IMG/VR virus record: IMGVR_UViG_3300028895_001288
Direction: 5' to 3' (one strand)
DNA: 64,000 nt
Source: an uncultured virus (IMG/VR IMGVR_UViG_3300028895_001288)
Lineage: Duplodnaviria; Heunggongvirae; Uroviricota; Caudoviricetes
A program made the translations under genes and the position numbers. Every line of letters starts with the position of its first letter. Position 1 is the first letter of the stretch. The notes beneath the pieces are model-generated. The model did no database searches. It was given only the letters and a program-made list of their open reading frames with translations, and was not told where the DNA came from. Positions 43,184 to 52,846 of this stretch are shown here, piece after piece.

Positions 43184-44417
43184 ACCACACTGGCTGTCGT
43201 TCATACAGGACGCGCTGCCACTGCTGAAGAAGATGACGTCCCTGGACTGGCCCCAGACCTACTGGGAGTCGCTGGAGCACTACGAGGAGCTGGATTACTA
43301 CTACTTCCAGCGCCTGCCGTTCGTGGGAGGCATGGACATGCTCAAGGCCCGGCTGGCCACGCTGGGCATGGCCGAGCGGGACATCGCCGCGCAGGTCCAC
43401 GTGCTGCAGGAGGAGGCCTACGGGGTCATGTCCTTCCACAAGCATGAGTGCCGGGTGATCAGGCCCACCGCCGACGCGGTGAGCGCGCTGTGCCGGACCG
43501 AGGTGAACGTGCCGCTGGTGGACATCGTGGCGCCGTACCCGCACGTGTACATCGCCCTGCCCAAGGAGCAGAAGTTGAAGGTCAGGCACTTCCGCGACCC
43601 GGACAAGATGGTTGACCTGCAGGGCATGTACGTCACCTGGGCCCCCACGGGTCAGGCGACGAAGGACGCGCTCGCCGCCAGCGACGAGGTCGTCTTCAAG
43701 CGAAACAAGTGGGGCCTGATCGTGCCGGAGCACCAGGCCGCCGCCGATGATGAAGTCGTGAAGCCTTCCCCGGAGATGTTCGGGGACTGGGCGTGCCGCG
43801 TGCAGGCGGTGGCCTGGGCCGGCCCGGACCAGAAGCACAACTACACGACCACCTTCTTCAACATGCGGTGGCTGGAAGACACCAAGGAGGAAGCGGAGGG
43901 CGCCTACAAGCGCTTCACCGAGCACTGGATGCCGTCCTACGAGAAGTGTCCGGGCGGGCAGCTGGGCAGCTTCGAGCTCAACGAGCAGCTCTTCCACCTG
44001 GTCGCGAACCTGTACCTCTACATGTCGCAGAAGGGCGACGACGAGGACGTGGTCTGGATGCCGGACGAGGACCGGGAGCGGTACCGCCAGCGCAAGCAGC
44101 GCCGCATGGGGTCCAAGCAGCGCCGCAAGCTCAAGCAGCGCCTGCTCGAGGAGATGCCCACGGATGAGTGGATCGTGGGCCAGAAGTTGAAAGTTGACAA
44201 AAGTATCGAAGAGTCCGATACTGGCGAACAACTTGGGACAGGCAAGAAACACGCGTCTCCGAAGACGCACTGGCGGCGGGCGCACTGGCACGGGTACTGG
44301 ACCGGACCGAGGCAGGGGCCCCGCAAGAAGGTGTACAGGCGGGTCGAGCGCGTCCTGATCGTGGGGCGCGGCAAGAAGCCCGACTACACCTTGATCTCGG
44401 TGGAGAAGAAGAAATGA
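43167..44417 (+). CDS. Hypothetical protein with C-terminal SPKTHWRRAHW.GYW.GP motif
   Basis: 416-aa ORF; motif recognised from phage/mobile-element proteins of unknown function. Confidence 0.7.
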   Translation: MRGGPKPHWLSFIQDALPLLKKMTSLDWPQTYWESLEHYEELDYYYFQRLPFVGGMDMLKARLATLGMAERDIAAQVHVLQEEAYGVMSFHKHECRVIRPTADAVSALCRTEVNVPLVDIVAPYPHVYIALPKEQKLKVRHFRDPDKMVDLQGMYVTWAPTGQATKDALAASDEVVFKRNKWGLIVPEHQAAADDEVVKPSPEMFGDWACRVQAVAWAGPDQKHNYTTTFFNMRWLEDTKEEAEGAYKRFTEHWMPSYEKCPGGQLGSFELNEQLFHLVANLYLYMSQKGDDEDVVWMPDEDRERYRQRKQRRMGSKQRRKLKQRLLEEMPTDEWIVGQKLKVDKSIEESDTGEQLGTGKKHASPKTHWRRAHWHGYWTGPRQGPRKKVYRRVERVLIVGRGKKPDYTLISVEKKK

Positions 44418-44725
44418 AAATCTGTGAATTCGTCGCAGAGCTGATGAGTAACAAGGACGTCCTGCTGAACGGCCACAACGTGCTGGACGAGTCGGTTACC
44501 CATACGTGCAACCTGGACGAGAAGGTGTTTGCCAAGCTCCACCCGGATCAGCAGTGGATGCTGCTCTGCGAGCTTCGGAAGCTCCTGTCCAAGTGCGACC
44601 ATGCCTACGACGCGGGCCGCGTGGCGCGGGGCGAGTTGACGGAAGGCGATGTCAACCGCCTCCGCAGCGGCATGGGCGGCGTTGAGGGGAGCGACTTGAG
44701 GACGCTTAGGGGACTCGGCGGATGA
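44414..44725 (+). CDS. Hypothetical protein
   Basis: Coupled ORF (ATGA overlaps). Confidence 0.6.
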   Translation: MKICEFVAELMSNKDVLLNGHNVLDESVTHTCNLDEKVFAKLHPDQQWMLLCELRKLLSKCDHAYDAGRVARGELTEGDVNRLRSGMGGVEGSDLRTLRGLGG

Positions 44726-45468
44726 AATCCGAAGAAATCAGGATCTACGCGTTGCTGTACGGTCCCCACGAGGACCTGCACCGGCGCTTGCTGGACAGCA
44801 TCGCCAGGAATGTCCCTGAGGACGTGGGGCTCGACCTGTGGCTGAACGTCGTGGGCGACGCCACCAAGTACATGGTCAGCGAGTTGGGCGGCGGCCCGCG
44901 CAGCGTGCACGTCAACACGAGCGATACAAACGTGCCGAAGTACGAGGCCATGCGCGAGATGTTCGGGCGGTTGAAGGCGGGCGCGCACCCGGAGGTCAAG
45001 TGGCTCGTCTGGTTCGACGACGACGCTCACATCGAGGGAGAGTACGGTCACTGGTGGATTCACACGACAGGGTGGATCAAGGAGCGCGAGCCCAAGAACG
45101 TCTGCTACACGGGCCAGTGCTGGTTCATTGACTGGAAGGCGGGGCAGGAGCAGTTCATCCGGGAGGCACCCTGGTACAAGGGGCTGCCGGCCAAGATGGT
45201 GGGCAACAAGCGCAAGCGGCCGGGCATCGAGTTCGCGCAGGGGTCGTACTGGTGGCTGAGGCGCGACGTCATGCAGCAGTTGGATTGGCCGGACCCGCGG
45301 CTCAAGCACAACGGCGGCGACACCATGCTCGGCGAAGCGGTTCGCCAACAGGGGTTGCCGTTCCACAAGCTGCCGTGGGACTGTTTCGGCGTGAAGACCA
45401 ACGACGCACCCCGGCGCGGGCACCACGAGGCGCCGGCCGGGTGCATCGACAAGAATGCGAGGGCCTGA
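44722..45468 (+). CDS. GT-A fold glycosyltransferase-like protein
   Basis: WLVWFDDD (DxD), FAQGSYW, HNGGDTMLGE. Confidence 0.7.
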   Translation: MKSEEIRIYALLYGPHEDLHRRLLDSIARNVPEDVGLDLWLNVVGDATKYMVSELGGGPRSVHVNTSDTNVPKYEAMREMFGRLKAGAHPEVKWLVWFDDDAHIEGEYGHWWIHTTGWIKEREPKNVCYTGQCWFIDWKAGQEQFIREAPWYKGLPAKMVGNKRKRPGIEFAQGSYWWLRRDVMQQLDWPDPRLKHNGGDTMLGEAVRQQGLPFHKLPWDCFGVKTNDAPRRGHHEAPAGCIDKNARA

Positions 45469-45854
45469 TGTTAGTGGAGATGAGACTGACGGTCGAAGTG
45501 GAAAGTGCCGGTAAGAAGAAGGGCGACACGGAGGATTACATACAGCTGCACAGGCAGCTGGAGATGGAGGTCATACCTTCAAGAGGTGACATCCTTTATT
45601 CGGAGCATGATTTGGTACTCCGGGTCAAGGAGGTGCGCCACTACATAGACAGATCTCCCCCCTTGATTGAGTTGGATCTGGAGGAGGACGAAGCGCCTGT
45701 TCAACCAGATCGTCTTGATTTGGAGGCACTTCGGCAAGGGTGGATGTCTTTCATGTGGAAGCACGGGTGGGTGGTGGACCTGGACGACTCGCTTTTACCT
45801 AGAAGAGGCGACATGTGGTTACTGCTAGAGCCCTTTAAGAGAAAAGAGAGATAA
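45468..45854 (+). CDS. Hypothetical protein
   Basis: TGATG coupling; ends just before the tmRNA. Confidence 0.6.
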   Translation: MLVEMRLTVEVESAGKKKGDTEDYIQLHRQLEMEVIPSRGDILYSEHDLVLRVKEVRHYIDRSPPLIELDLEEDEAPVQPDRLDLEALRQGWMSFMWKHGWVVDLDDSLLPRRGDMWLLLEPFKRKER

Positions 45855-45858
45855 CGCT

Positions 45859-46223
45859 GGGCCCGATTTAGATTCGACGGCGGGTACGGAGGATGTGGCA
45901 GCACGCCGCGGTTGATCGGTTGGCCGCGTTATCAAGCCGATCACACAATCAAATGCCAAGACGAAAGTCGTGGCCGGCGACTTCGGCGCAAGCCGGGTCG
46001 CCCTCGCTGCTTAACCGACAGCGGGTGAAGGTGCCCGTACTCCTGGTCCCCAGGTAAGAACGGGAAGGTCCAAAGGGGGATGGCAGCGGGGAAGACTGCT
46101 GACGGCAACCAAAGGCTGCTGACGGGGCCGCCGGGTCCTGGGAAAGACCGAACCCGGATAAGCGTGTAGAGACCCCTTCCGAAGTTCCGGCGGACTTGGG
46201 TGCAAATCCCAACGGGTCCACCA
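45859..46223 (+). ncRNA. ssrA: tmRNA (transfer-messenger RNA)
   Basis: 5' GGGCCCGA..GATTCGAC; 3' CGGGTCCACCA acceptor with G3-U wobble; T-arm TTGGG-TGCAAAT-CCCAA; tag frame 45955-46014 AKTKVVAGDFGASRVALAA*. Confidence 0.95.
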
Positions 46224-46242
46224 TTTATAGGAGTGGATTTTA

Positions 46243-47390
46243 ATGCATGCAGGTGAAGCGTTGTGGACGCTGTACGCTGCGCTGGCGGCCGTTGGCCAGC
46301 GCACCCTGAAGGACCCCGGGGCGAACGCCCTGTTGACGAAGGCGGAGGAGTGCTGCGCCGTACTCGGGCAGCACATCAAGGTCGAGCCGCCCCCGATCGA
46401 CCAGAAGATGCTCAGGGCGGCGGACCTGGTTGAGCGGCTGGTGCAGGCGGACGAGGCCGAAAGTAAGGCCAGTACGATTACGGATGGCGCGGCCCGCGAG
46501 GCCTTCGACCTGGCGGTCGGCATCCTGGAGGACCTGGACGAGCTGCCCGACCGGGCGGAGGAGTTCACGGAGTCCGTGCGGGAGAAGGTTACCAGCATGC
46601 GCGACAGCATTGAGAAGTACGACAACGTGACGGCGCCGATGATGAAGGCGCTGCAGAACATGCGTGGGGGCGTCGACAGGTGGCTGAAGCGATAGGAGAG
46701 AACATGTCGGGTGAAGACAAGGTCCCTTCGGTCAAGGAACGCATACAGCAGAAGGCTTCGGGCGCGCACAAGACGCCCGAGGAGTTGAAGGCGGAGACGA
46801 CGCAACGCATCGCCAAGGAGGTGTTCAACGTCGAATCGCCGATTACGGAGGAACGGCGGATCGCGGCGAACCTGGAACGCGACAAGCTCAAGGCCAAGCA
46901 GGCCGGCAAGCTGCAGCTGCTCAACATGAGCGGCGGCCACCTGGCCAACCTGATCGTCGGGATCTGGACGTTGATGTCGGTCACGGCGGCGGTGGTGGCC
47001 ATGGTGACGTACTACTTCCTGTTGATTCACATCGAGGAGGCGCGCAAGGCTGCGCCTGTGCCGGCGAAGCAGGAGCCGGTCGTGGTCAATGTGCCTCCCA
47101 TGCCGGAAACCAAACCCCCACAACTGTTCGTCTTCCTGCCTGGTAAAGAGGGCACGAAGACCATCAGGGTGGAGGGCATCAACCCGGCCACCTGGCCGGA
47201 CGAGGTGCGCATCCGGCTTTCCGACATGGAGGCGCTGAAGTCGATTTTGAAGGAGCTGAAGCCCCCGGACCCTCCAAAGGCCGCCCCGCCAAAGAAGAAG
47301 GCGCGGGCGGCAAAAAGCACACAAGTCCAGAAGGGTAAGGACGGTAGCGAGTGGCTACCGCCTCCGAGGGACGTGGTTCCGCGGCAGTAG
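46243..47390 (+). other. Hypothetical genes 46243-46695 and 46704-47390 (membrane protein)
   Basis: RBS AGGAG; TM helix in the second. Confidence 0.65.
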
Positions 47391-47392
47391 GC

Positions 47393-47421
47393 TTCACATA
47401 ACCCACAACATGCAGTACACT
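47393..47421 (+). promoter_or_regulatory. Sigma70-like promoter TTCACA-N17-TACACT
   Basis: 17-nt spacer; -10 lies 7 nt before ATG 47429. Confidence 0.55.
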
Positions 47422-47428
47422 TCGGGAC

Positions 47429-47677
47429 ATGGACATCGAGATACAGTACTGCGAGTTGTGAGGGGGTCGAGAACACGCCGACCGTGTTGTCGGTGAGATC
47501 CGCCGGTACCTGTCGCTGCCCACGAGCATCCTTGACGTGGGCAAGGGCAAGTTCGAGGTGCTGGTCAATGGCAAGACCATCTTTTCAAAGCAGAAGGCAG
47601 GACGGTTTCCGCGTCCCGGCGAGATCGCCAAGATCTGTCGGGACACGTTCCGAAATCCGATGCAGGCATCGAAATGA
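47429..47677 (+). CDS. Rdx (SelW/SelT/SelH-like) selenoprotein with CxxU motif
   Basis: MDIEIQYCELU(TGA 47459-47461)GGREHA...GKGKFEVLVNGKTIFSKQKAGRFPRPGEI; family signature continues in frame across the TGA; ATGA overlap with the next gene. Confidence 0.88.
47476..47495 (+). promoter_or_regulatory. Candidate bacterial SECIS hairpin
   Basis: CGCCGAC-CGTGTT-GTCGGTG; loop begins 21 nt after the UGA and carries GU near its 5' end. Confidence 0.65.
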
Positions 47678-48361
47678 GCATGTCGAAGCCCAACTGGAGC
47701 GACCTGAAGCGCCGCCGGCGCATGGGTCGCGCGCAGCGCTGGAAGTCCGCCGTGAAGCACGTACCGCGGCTGACCGCCTTCTGCGCCGAGCACGGCGTGG
47801 AAATGAGATCCGTGGATGGGGGGTATCAGTTCCGGTTCATGGAGTACGTGATCATCTGGTTCCCGGCGACCAACAAGGTGCTGGTCCAATACCAGTTGCC
47901 GGGGCATGAGACCGTTCGATTTGAAGAGAACGGACAACACAACAAGCCACGTGTACTAGTGGCACTGGAGGAGATGGTTGACCTCACGAGGCCTAAATGC
48001 GTATCGCACGGTTAGTCTGTGCGTGACCGACAGCGTCTCGTCAGAGTGTCGGTTGTGCCAGTGCCGATCCCGACGAGACGAGCAGCTTGTGGCCCTGGAG
48101 CTGTACCCCGGGCCGAGGCTTGAGATCTACTGCTGTGAGTGTTACGAACACCTCTGGGTGGAAGCGTCTCCACACATGCCGGAGCTGCCTCCGCTGATTC
48201 AGTTGGAGACGGAAACTTCGCAGCTACAGGTACCGGAGTACCTGGTCAAGGACAACAGCCTGTTCCAGTTGTTCTTTCCGAGCGACCCCATCAACCTGGG
48301 CGTCCTCAGGCAGCAGCGCCGCCGCGAACGCGGCCAGCTCGAAAAGGAGGGTAAGAGGTGA
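47674..48361 (+). other. Hypothetical genes 47674-48015 and ~47978-48361 (Cys-rich)
   Basis: Coupled ORFs. Confidence 0.55.
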
Positions 48362-48849
48362 TAAGGAACCCGCAGTTTCATCTCGGGGCGTTGTTCATGG
48401 TTTTGCTGATGGCCCCGCCCGTACTGACAGGGTGTTGGGGCAACGGCACCCCGGTCGACACGCCCCAGAAGAGGGCGGAGTTGGCGAAGGACGCCGGAGA
48501 GCTGGCGGCGCTGGGCTACCTGGCGATCGACAAGCCCTCCAACGAGGACGCCGCGAAGATCAAGGAGATCATCGACAAGGTCCGCGGCAGCCTTACGGAG
48601 TGGAAGGAGGGCGGCTTCATCACGGCGCTGCCCGAGCTGGAGGAACTGGCCGACAAGCTCTTCGAGGGGGAGGACAAGAAGGCTCTTCGCATCGGCGCCA
48701 AAAAGCTGACGAAGATGCTGCTCGAGGAGCTGGACAACCTCTTTGAAAAGAACCCTTCGTGGAAGGACAAGGGCGACGAGGTGGCCACGCTGATCGGGAA
48801 GTTTATGGATGGGGCCTCGGACTCGTTCAAGACGTACATTGAGTCCTAG
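48358..48849 (+). CDS. Predicted lipoprotein
   Basis: Hydrophobic signal with LTGC lipobox. Confidence 0.7.
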   Translation: MIRNPQFHLGALFMVLLMAPPVLTGCWGNGTPVDTPQKRAELAKDAGELAALGYLAIDKPSNEDAAKIKEIIDKVRGSLTEWKEGGFITALPELEELADKLFEGEDKKALRIGAKKLTKMLLEELDNLFEKNPSWKDKGDEVATLIGKFMDGASDSFKTYIES

Positions 48850-48915
48850 GTGCACCGCGTTATCGTCATCGTGATCACGGCGACGCCTGTTACTTTGGAA
48901 AACCTGAGAATAGAT

Positions 48916-48943
48916 GAGAGGGTGGTCTGGTGACCACCCTCTC
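48916..48943. terminator. Perfect 12-bp hairpin (terminator or regulatory)
   Basis: GAGAGGGTGGTC-TGGT-GACCACCCTCTC; weak T tract. Confidence 0.45.
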
Positions 48944-49201
48944 TTCGTTGGAGGAGACATCATGAACAAATTGCCGCGAGACCGGAACAGGCCTTCCCGC
49001 AACCGCACGAAGAGGGTTCACCTGCTTCATGAGGGGCGCGGGGCGTGCGGCCTCAAACTCAAGGGTCGCCGCAAGGCCATCGCGATCGTGGAAGCGGGCG
49101 ACATCGAGAAGATCACCTGCCGGAAGTGCCTCGATGCCGAGGTGCCGCCCAAGGAGCTTGTGCCCGTCGCGGAGTCACAGCCGGGTCTCTGATCTTTGGG
49201 C

Positions 49202-49229
49202 TTGTCAATCGAAGTTCTCGATATACACT
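49202..49229 (+). promoter_or_regulatory. Sigma70-like promoter TTGTCA-N16-TACACT
   Basis: Intergenic; shares TACACTTCGGG with the 47416 promoter; inverted repeat CGAAGTTC/GAACTTCG around the -10. Confidence 0.5.
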
Positions 49230-49251
49230 TCGGGGAACTTCGGGGGATCTC

Positions 49252-50169
49252 ATGGAACTCTGGGTGATGTACTCGCCGTCGAACCTGGGCGGCCACCAGC
49301 TGGTCGGGCAGTTGTCCTCCGCGTTCATGGAGCGGGAGGAGATCGACAACGTTCTATCCATCCCGGACAACACGCTGCATGAGCACAGGGAGTGGGAGAC
49401 CCTGCCGGACATGCTGTTGCTGGTCGATGCCATCGAGTCCTACATGTCCTGGCGCTTCGCCGTGCCGGGGCGGCCGTGGATCTGCGCGGCCTCGTTCTCC
49501 TACGCCGACCTCTACACGCTGTACCGCGGCGGCGTGCGCCTGAACGAAACGGGCATCAATTACGTTCTGACCAACTGTGCTTCCTACGTGGAGCGCTCCA
49601 CGGCGACCATGCCGGCCAAGCTGTGCTACCGCCCCATGACGGAGAAAGGCGGACGGCACGCGGGTCTGCCGACTGTAGGGGCGGTGCTGCCGAACGTGAA
49701 GGACCGGGACTTCAGCCTGCTGTTGTGGGTGCGCGAGAAGCTCATACAGCGAGGCATGCAGTCCCGGTTCAAGGTCTTCCTGCACGCGGATGCCGAGGGG
49801 CGGCTGCCCGGGAAGCTGCAGTTCGAGACCTACACGGACGAGCGCAGGCCTTACGGCGACATCGACGTGTATGTTCCGGTGCCGCGCATCACGGATTACC
49901 GGTCCGGCGTCATCCCGGCCGAGTTCATCCAGGCCTGGCACGCGGGCTGCCGCCCGCTCGCCGTTTTTCATCCGAACCTGGAGCCGTTGGGGATTCCGCT
50001 TTACGGCTCCCTGTTGGAGATCGAGCAGGACCTGGACAAGCTGGCGGAGGGCGAGGACCTGACGCCGTACGGCCCGCCCAGCGAGGAGTTCTGCCCGAGT
50101 ATGGAAACATTTGTCACGGAGGTCATGCAGGGACGTGAACGATGGGAACGAGACCGAGTCGCCCATTAA
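49252..50169 (+). CDS. Hypothetical protein, possibly degenerate GT-B glycosyltransferase
   Basis: YGDIDVYVP...PAEFIQAWHAGCRPL resembles a GT-B C-terminal motif. Confidence 0.45.
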   Translation: MELWVMYSPSNLGGHQLVGQLSSAFMEREEIDNVLSIPDNTLHEHREWETLPDMLLLVDAIESYMSWRFAVPGRPWICAASFSYADLYTLYRGGVRLNETGINYVLTNCASYVERSTATMPAKLCYRPMTEKGGRHAGLPTVGAVLPNVKDRDFSLLLWVREKLIQRGMQSRFKVFLHADAEGRLPGKLQFETYTDERRPYGDIDVYVPVPRITDYRSGVIPAEFIQAWHAGCRPLAVFHPNLEPLGIPLYGSLLEIEQDLDKLAEGEDLTPYGPPSEEFCPSMETFVTEVMQGRERWERDRVAH

Positions 50170-50998
50170 GGGTGCGGTATTCAGGCTGACGGATGTCGTG
50201 GCGAGGTTCGAGAGGCTGTTGACCCTCTCGGCGGGTTTCAAGGGGGAGCGGCTGCAGGGTGCCATACTGGCCGACTTCGCCAAGATCGTGTGCAGGGGAC
50301 TCAGGCTGTACGACGAGGCAAGGGAACGGGCCCACGCGGCACTGACCCTGTACAGCGGCCGGGTCCTCGATTGGGCGTTTTACATCGACTTGTGCTGGCT
50401 AATGGCGGCCGGGTACCCCCGGTTCAAGAAAGGGCTGGAGATACGCAACAAGTTTTCGGACGCCGGCAGCCGGTGGGTCGGCATCCAGGTCACGGACGTG
50501 CGGCCGGCCCCGCGCAGCAAGCACGGCACGAACAGGGCGGAGGTCCACTTCCGCATACTGACGGGAATCTTCTGCGGGCTGAAGTTCACCCAGTGGATGC
50601 CGCACGACTACGTGACGAAGATCATGGCGAAGACGATGGGCACGCTGCGGTATGCGGGGGCGCAGCCCAAGGAAGTGGTCGGCATGCTGGGCGTGGTGCT
50701 GATCGAGCTGAACAGGCGCGGACCGCAGGTCAGGGACCTGCGCGTGCCAGGCGGCGCCCTGACCTACAACAAGAAGCTGCGCAACAAGCGGGCGGAGCCG
50801 TGCATATGGAAGTACCAGTGGCCCTGTCACCTGTGTCCCATCGGGAACAGCGCCGAAAGCCAGCGATGCAGCAGGGGGACGCACCCCTTCACGTACGAGT
50901 ACCGGGAGTGCCCGAGCTGCAAGCACAGGACGTGGTTCGACACGCACAGCAAGTCGGGCGTATGCGTCTCGTGCGGTGAGAAGCGGTCCAAGCGATAG
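50135..50998 (+). CDS. Hypothetical protein with C-terminal zinc ribbons (start uncertain)
   Basis: CHLC, CPSC, CVSC. Confidence 0.65.
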   Translation: MNDGNETESPIKGAVFRLTDVVARFERLLTLSAGFKGERLQGAILADFAKIVCRGLRLYDEARERAHAALTLYSGRVLDWAFYIDLCWLMAAGYPRFKKGLEIRNKFSDAGSRWVGIQVTDVRPAPRSKHGTNRAEVHFRILTGIFCGLKFTQWMPHDYVTKIMAKTMGTLRYAGAQPKEVVGMLGVVLIELNRRGPQVRDLRVPGGALTYNKKLRNKRAEPCIWKYQWPCHLCPIGNSAESQRCSRGTHPFTYEYRECPSCKHRTWFDTHSKSGVCVSCGEKRSKR

Positions 50999-51007
50999 GA
51001 GCAGGTC

Positions 51008-51553
51008 ATGCAGATGCGTCCACCAGGCGGCGGCGACCAGCGCTGGTACAGCCCCGAGAGGGACCTGGCCTACGCGCTGCCGCGTTACTTCCGGCAGGCC
51101 ATCTTCGTGCGCTTCGGCGGCGAGGATGCCCGCACGAAGCGGGACTACGGTCCCTACAACTTCGACCTGGAGGGCGTGACGGAGGAGCAGTTCGGCGAGG
51201 CGTGTGTCAAGGTGAGGGAGCTGTTCCTGGCGATGCGCGACTGCCAGTTCCCGGACATGGAGGTCTTCCGGGAGCGCCTCAACGAACTGGATGAGAAGGT
51301 GCTGGGTCCGCTGTTGTGGCCCATGTTCCTGATCATGCTGACGGAGTACCGGGAGTGGTGCGCGCTGGTCTCACCGAAGGACGAGACCGACACCGCGATC
51401 GACATGAAACGCATGGAAAGGGTTGTCAACGATTTCGTACGCACGATCACCAAGAGGAAGAACCCGCTCTACAGGTTCATCCAGGACCTTGCCTGGATGG
51501 CCAGGCGAGCCCTCTCGAGGGGAAAGAAAGACAATGAAGCAACTTTTGACTGA
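51008..51553 (+). CDS. Hypothetical protein
   Basis: RBS AGGAG; coding-like. Confidence 0.65.
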   Translation: MQMRPPGGGDQRWYSPERDLAYALPRYFRQAIFVRFGGEDARTKRDYGPYNFDLEGVTEEQFGEACVKVRELFLAMRDCQFPDMEVFRERLNELDEKVLGPLLWPMFLIMLTEYREWCALVSPKDETDTAIDMKRMERVVNDFVRTITKRKNPLYRFIQDLAWMARRALSRGKKDNEATFD

Positions 51554-52235
51554 GATCGCCTCCAGATGCCCGGGCGGGAAACTGCCCGAGTCCTACCTGG
51601 TCTTCGACACCGAGACCAGCGGGGTGAATCCGACGAAGGACAAGATCCTTCAATACGGGTTCGGCGTCGTCAAGGAGGGCCAGCTGGTGGACCACTTCTC
51701 CATACTGGTCAACCGGCCGGGCTTGAAGATCGCGCCGGGCGCCGTGGCCGTGCACGGCATCAGCGAGGAAAAGATGGCCGCGGAGGGCATGGACGCCGAG
51801 GCGGCCTTCAACGAGGTGCTGTCGACCTTCCAGGCCTATCGCTGCGCCGAGCAGATGTTCGTCGGGCACAACATGATCGCGTTCGACGCGGAGCTGTTCG
51901 AGAACGAGTCCCGCCATTGGGGCAAGGAGTTCCGCTTCGGGGAGAACGAGATCTTCGACACGGGCATGGTGGTGAAGGCCGCCCAGTTGGGGATGTACTT
52001 CGACCAGCGCGACTCGATCCGCTCCTGGGCCCGCAAGGTCAGCGAGGTCAGGGCGCGGGGCGTGTACTGGTCGCTGGACCGGCACTGCTTCTCGGCGTTC
52101 AAGCTGTCGAAGTTCGGGCTCGACAAGGAAGCGGCCCACGACGCCGGTGAGGACTGCCAGCTGACCCACTTCCTCGTGAAGCGCTTCAAGGAGAAGCTGG
52201 AGGAGCTCATCCCCGAAGAGGAGATCCCGTTTTGA
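51534..52235 (+). CDS. DEDDh 3'-5' exonuclease (DnaQ/epsilon-like)
   Basis: VFDTETSG, VGHN..FD, IFDT, AHDAGED. Confidence 0.92.
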   Translation: MKQLLTEIASRCPGGKLPESYLVFDTETSGVNPTKDKILQYGFGVVKEGQLVDHFSILVNRPGLKIAPGAVAVHGISEEKMAAEGMDAEAAFNEVLSTFQAYRCAEQMFVGHNMIAFDAELFENESRHWGKEFRFGENEIFDTGMVVKAAQLGMYFDQRDSIRSWARKVSEVRARGVYWSLDRHCFSAFKLSKFGLDKEAAHDAGEDCQLTHFLVKRFKEKLEELIPEEEIPF

Positions 52236-52846
52236 GCAAACCGATCAGGGCCATAGGGGTCGACGCGGGTTTTCGCAAGACGGGCGTGGCCCTGTTCGAC
52301 CTGCGCCCCAAGGGCGATGTGCTTGTCGCGGCGGACACGCTCGTCACCTCGAAGGAGACGGCGTCCGACCGGTTGAACGACGACGTGGATGCGTGTTGGA
52401 ACCTCTACACCAACATCGAGACGTTCATGATCAAGTACGAGCCGAGCGCCGCTTTCATTGAGATGCCTCACGGCGGCGCGCAGGGTGCGCGGGCGAACCG
52501 CTGCATGGGCATGGCGACGGCCGTGATGGCGTCCCTGTTCAACGCGGTCGGCATGCCCTACGAGATGTTTGCGCCGACGGAGGTGGAGAAGGCGCTGGGC
52601 GTCTTCCTGACGAACAAGCAGGCACGCGAGATGGGCATCCCCAAGGGGAAGACGGGCAAGCACAAGAAGGACCGCCTGAAGAGCATCGTGCTGGCCGAGT
52701 TCCCCGACTTCGACGGTTGGCCCAAGGCGGTCACACGGGCGGAGGACGCCTACGACGCGGCGGCCGTCTTCCACGCCGCGCGCTTCCGCGGCAGCGAACT
52801 ATACCTGAAACTAAGGAGGAAAGTCAGTGGCGGACAAGCCGGTTGA
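52232..52846 (+). CDS. ruvC: RuvC-like Holliday junction resolvase
   Basis: IGVDAGFRKTGVA, AFIE, PTEVEKAL, EDAYDAAAV. Confidence 0.82.
   Translation: MSKPIRAIGVDAGFRKTGVALFDLRPKGDVLVAADTLVTSKETASDRLNDDVDACWNLYTNIETFMIKYEPSAAFIEMPHGGAQGARANRCMGMATAVMASLFNAVGMPYEMFAPTEVEKALGVFLTNKQAREMGIPKGKTGKHKKDRLKSIVLAEFPDFDGWPKAVTRAEDAYDAAAVFHAARFRGSELYLKLRRKVSGGQAG

Noticed and set aside
45859..46223. Host ssrA acting as prophage attachment site
   Set aside because: Both flanks have the same phage-like organisation; no integrase or duplicated 3' end seen
47484..47909. ORF-track protein MLSVRSAG...
   Set aside because: Out-of-frame overlap of the selenoprotein and the 47674 gene; no coding signature
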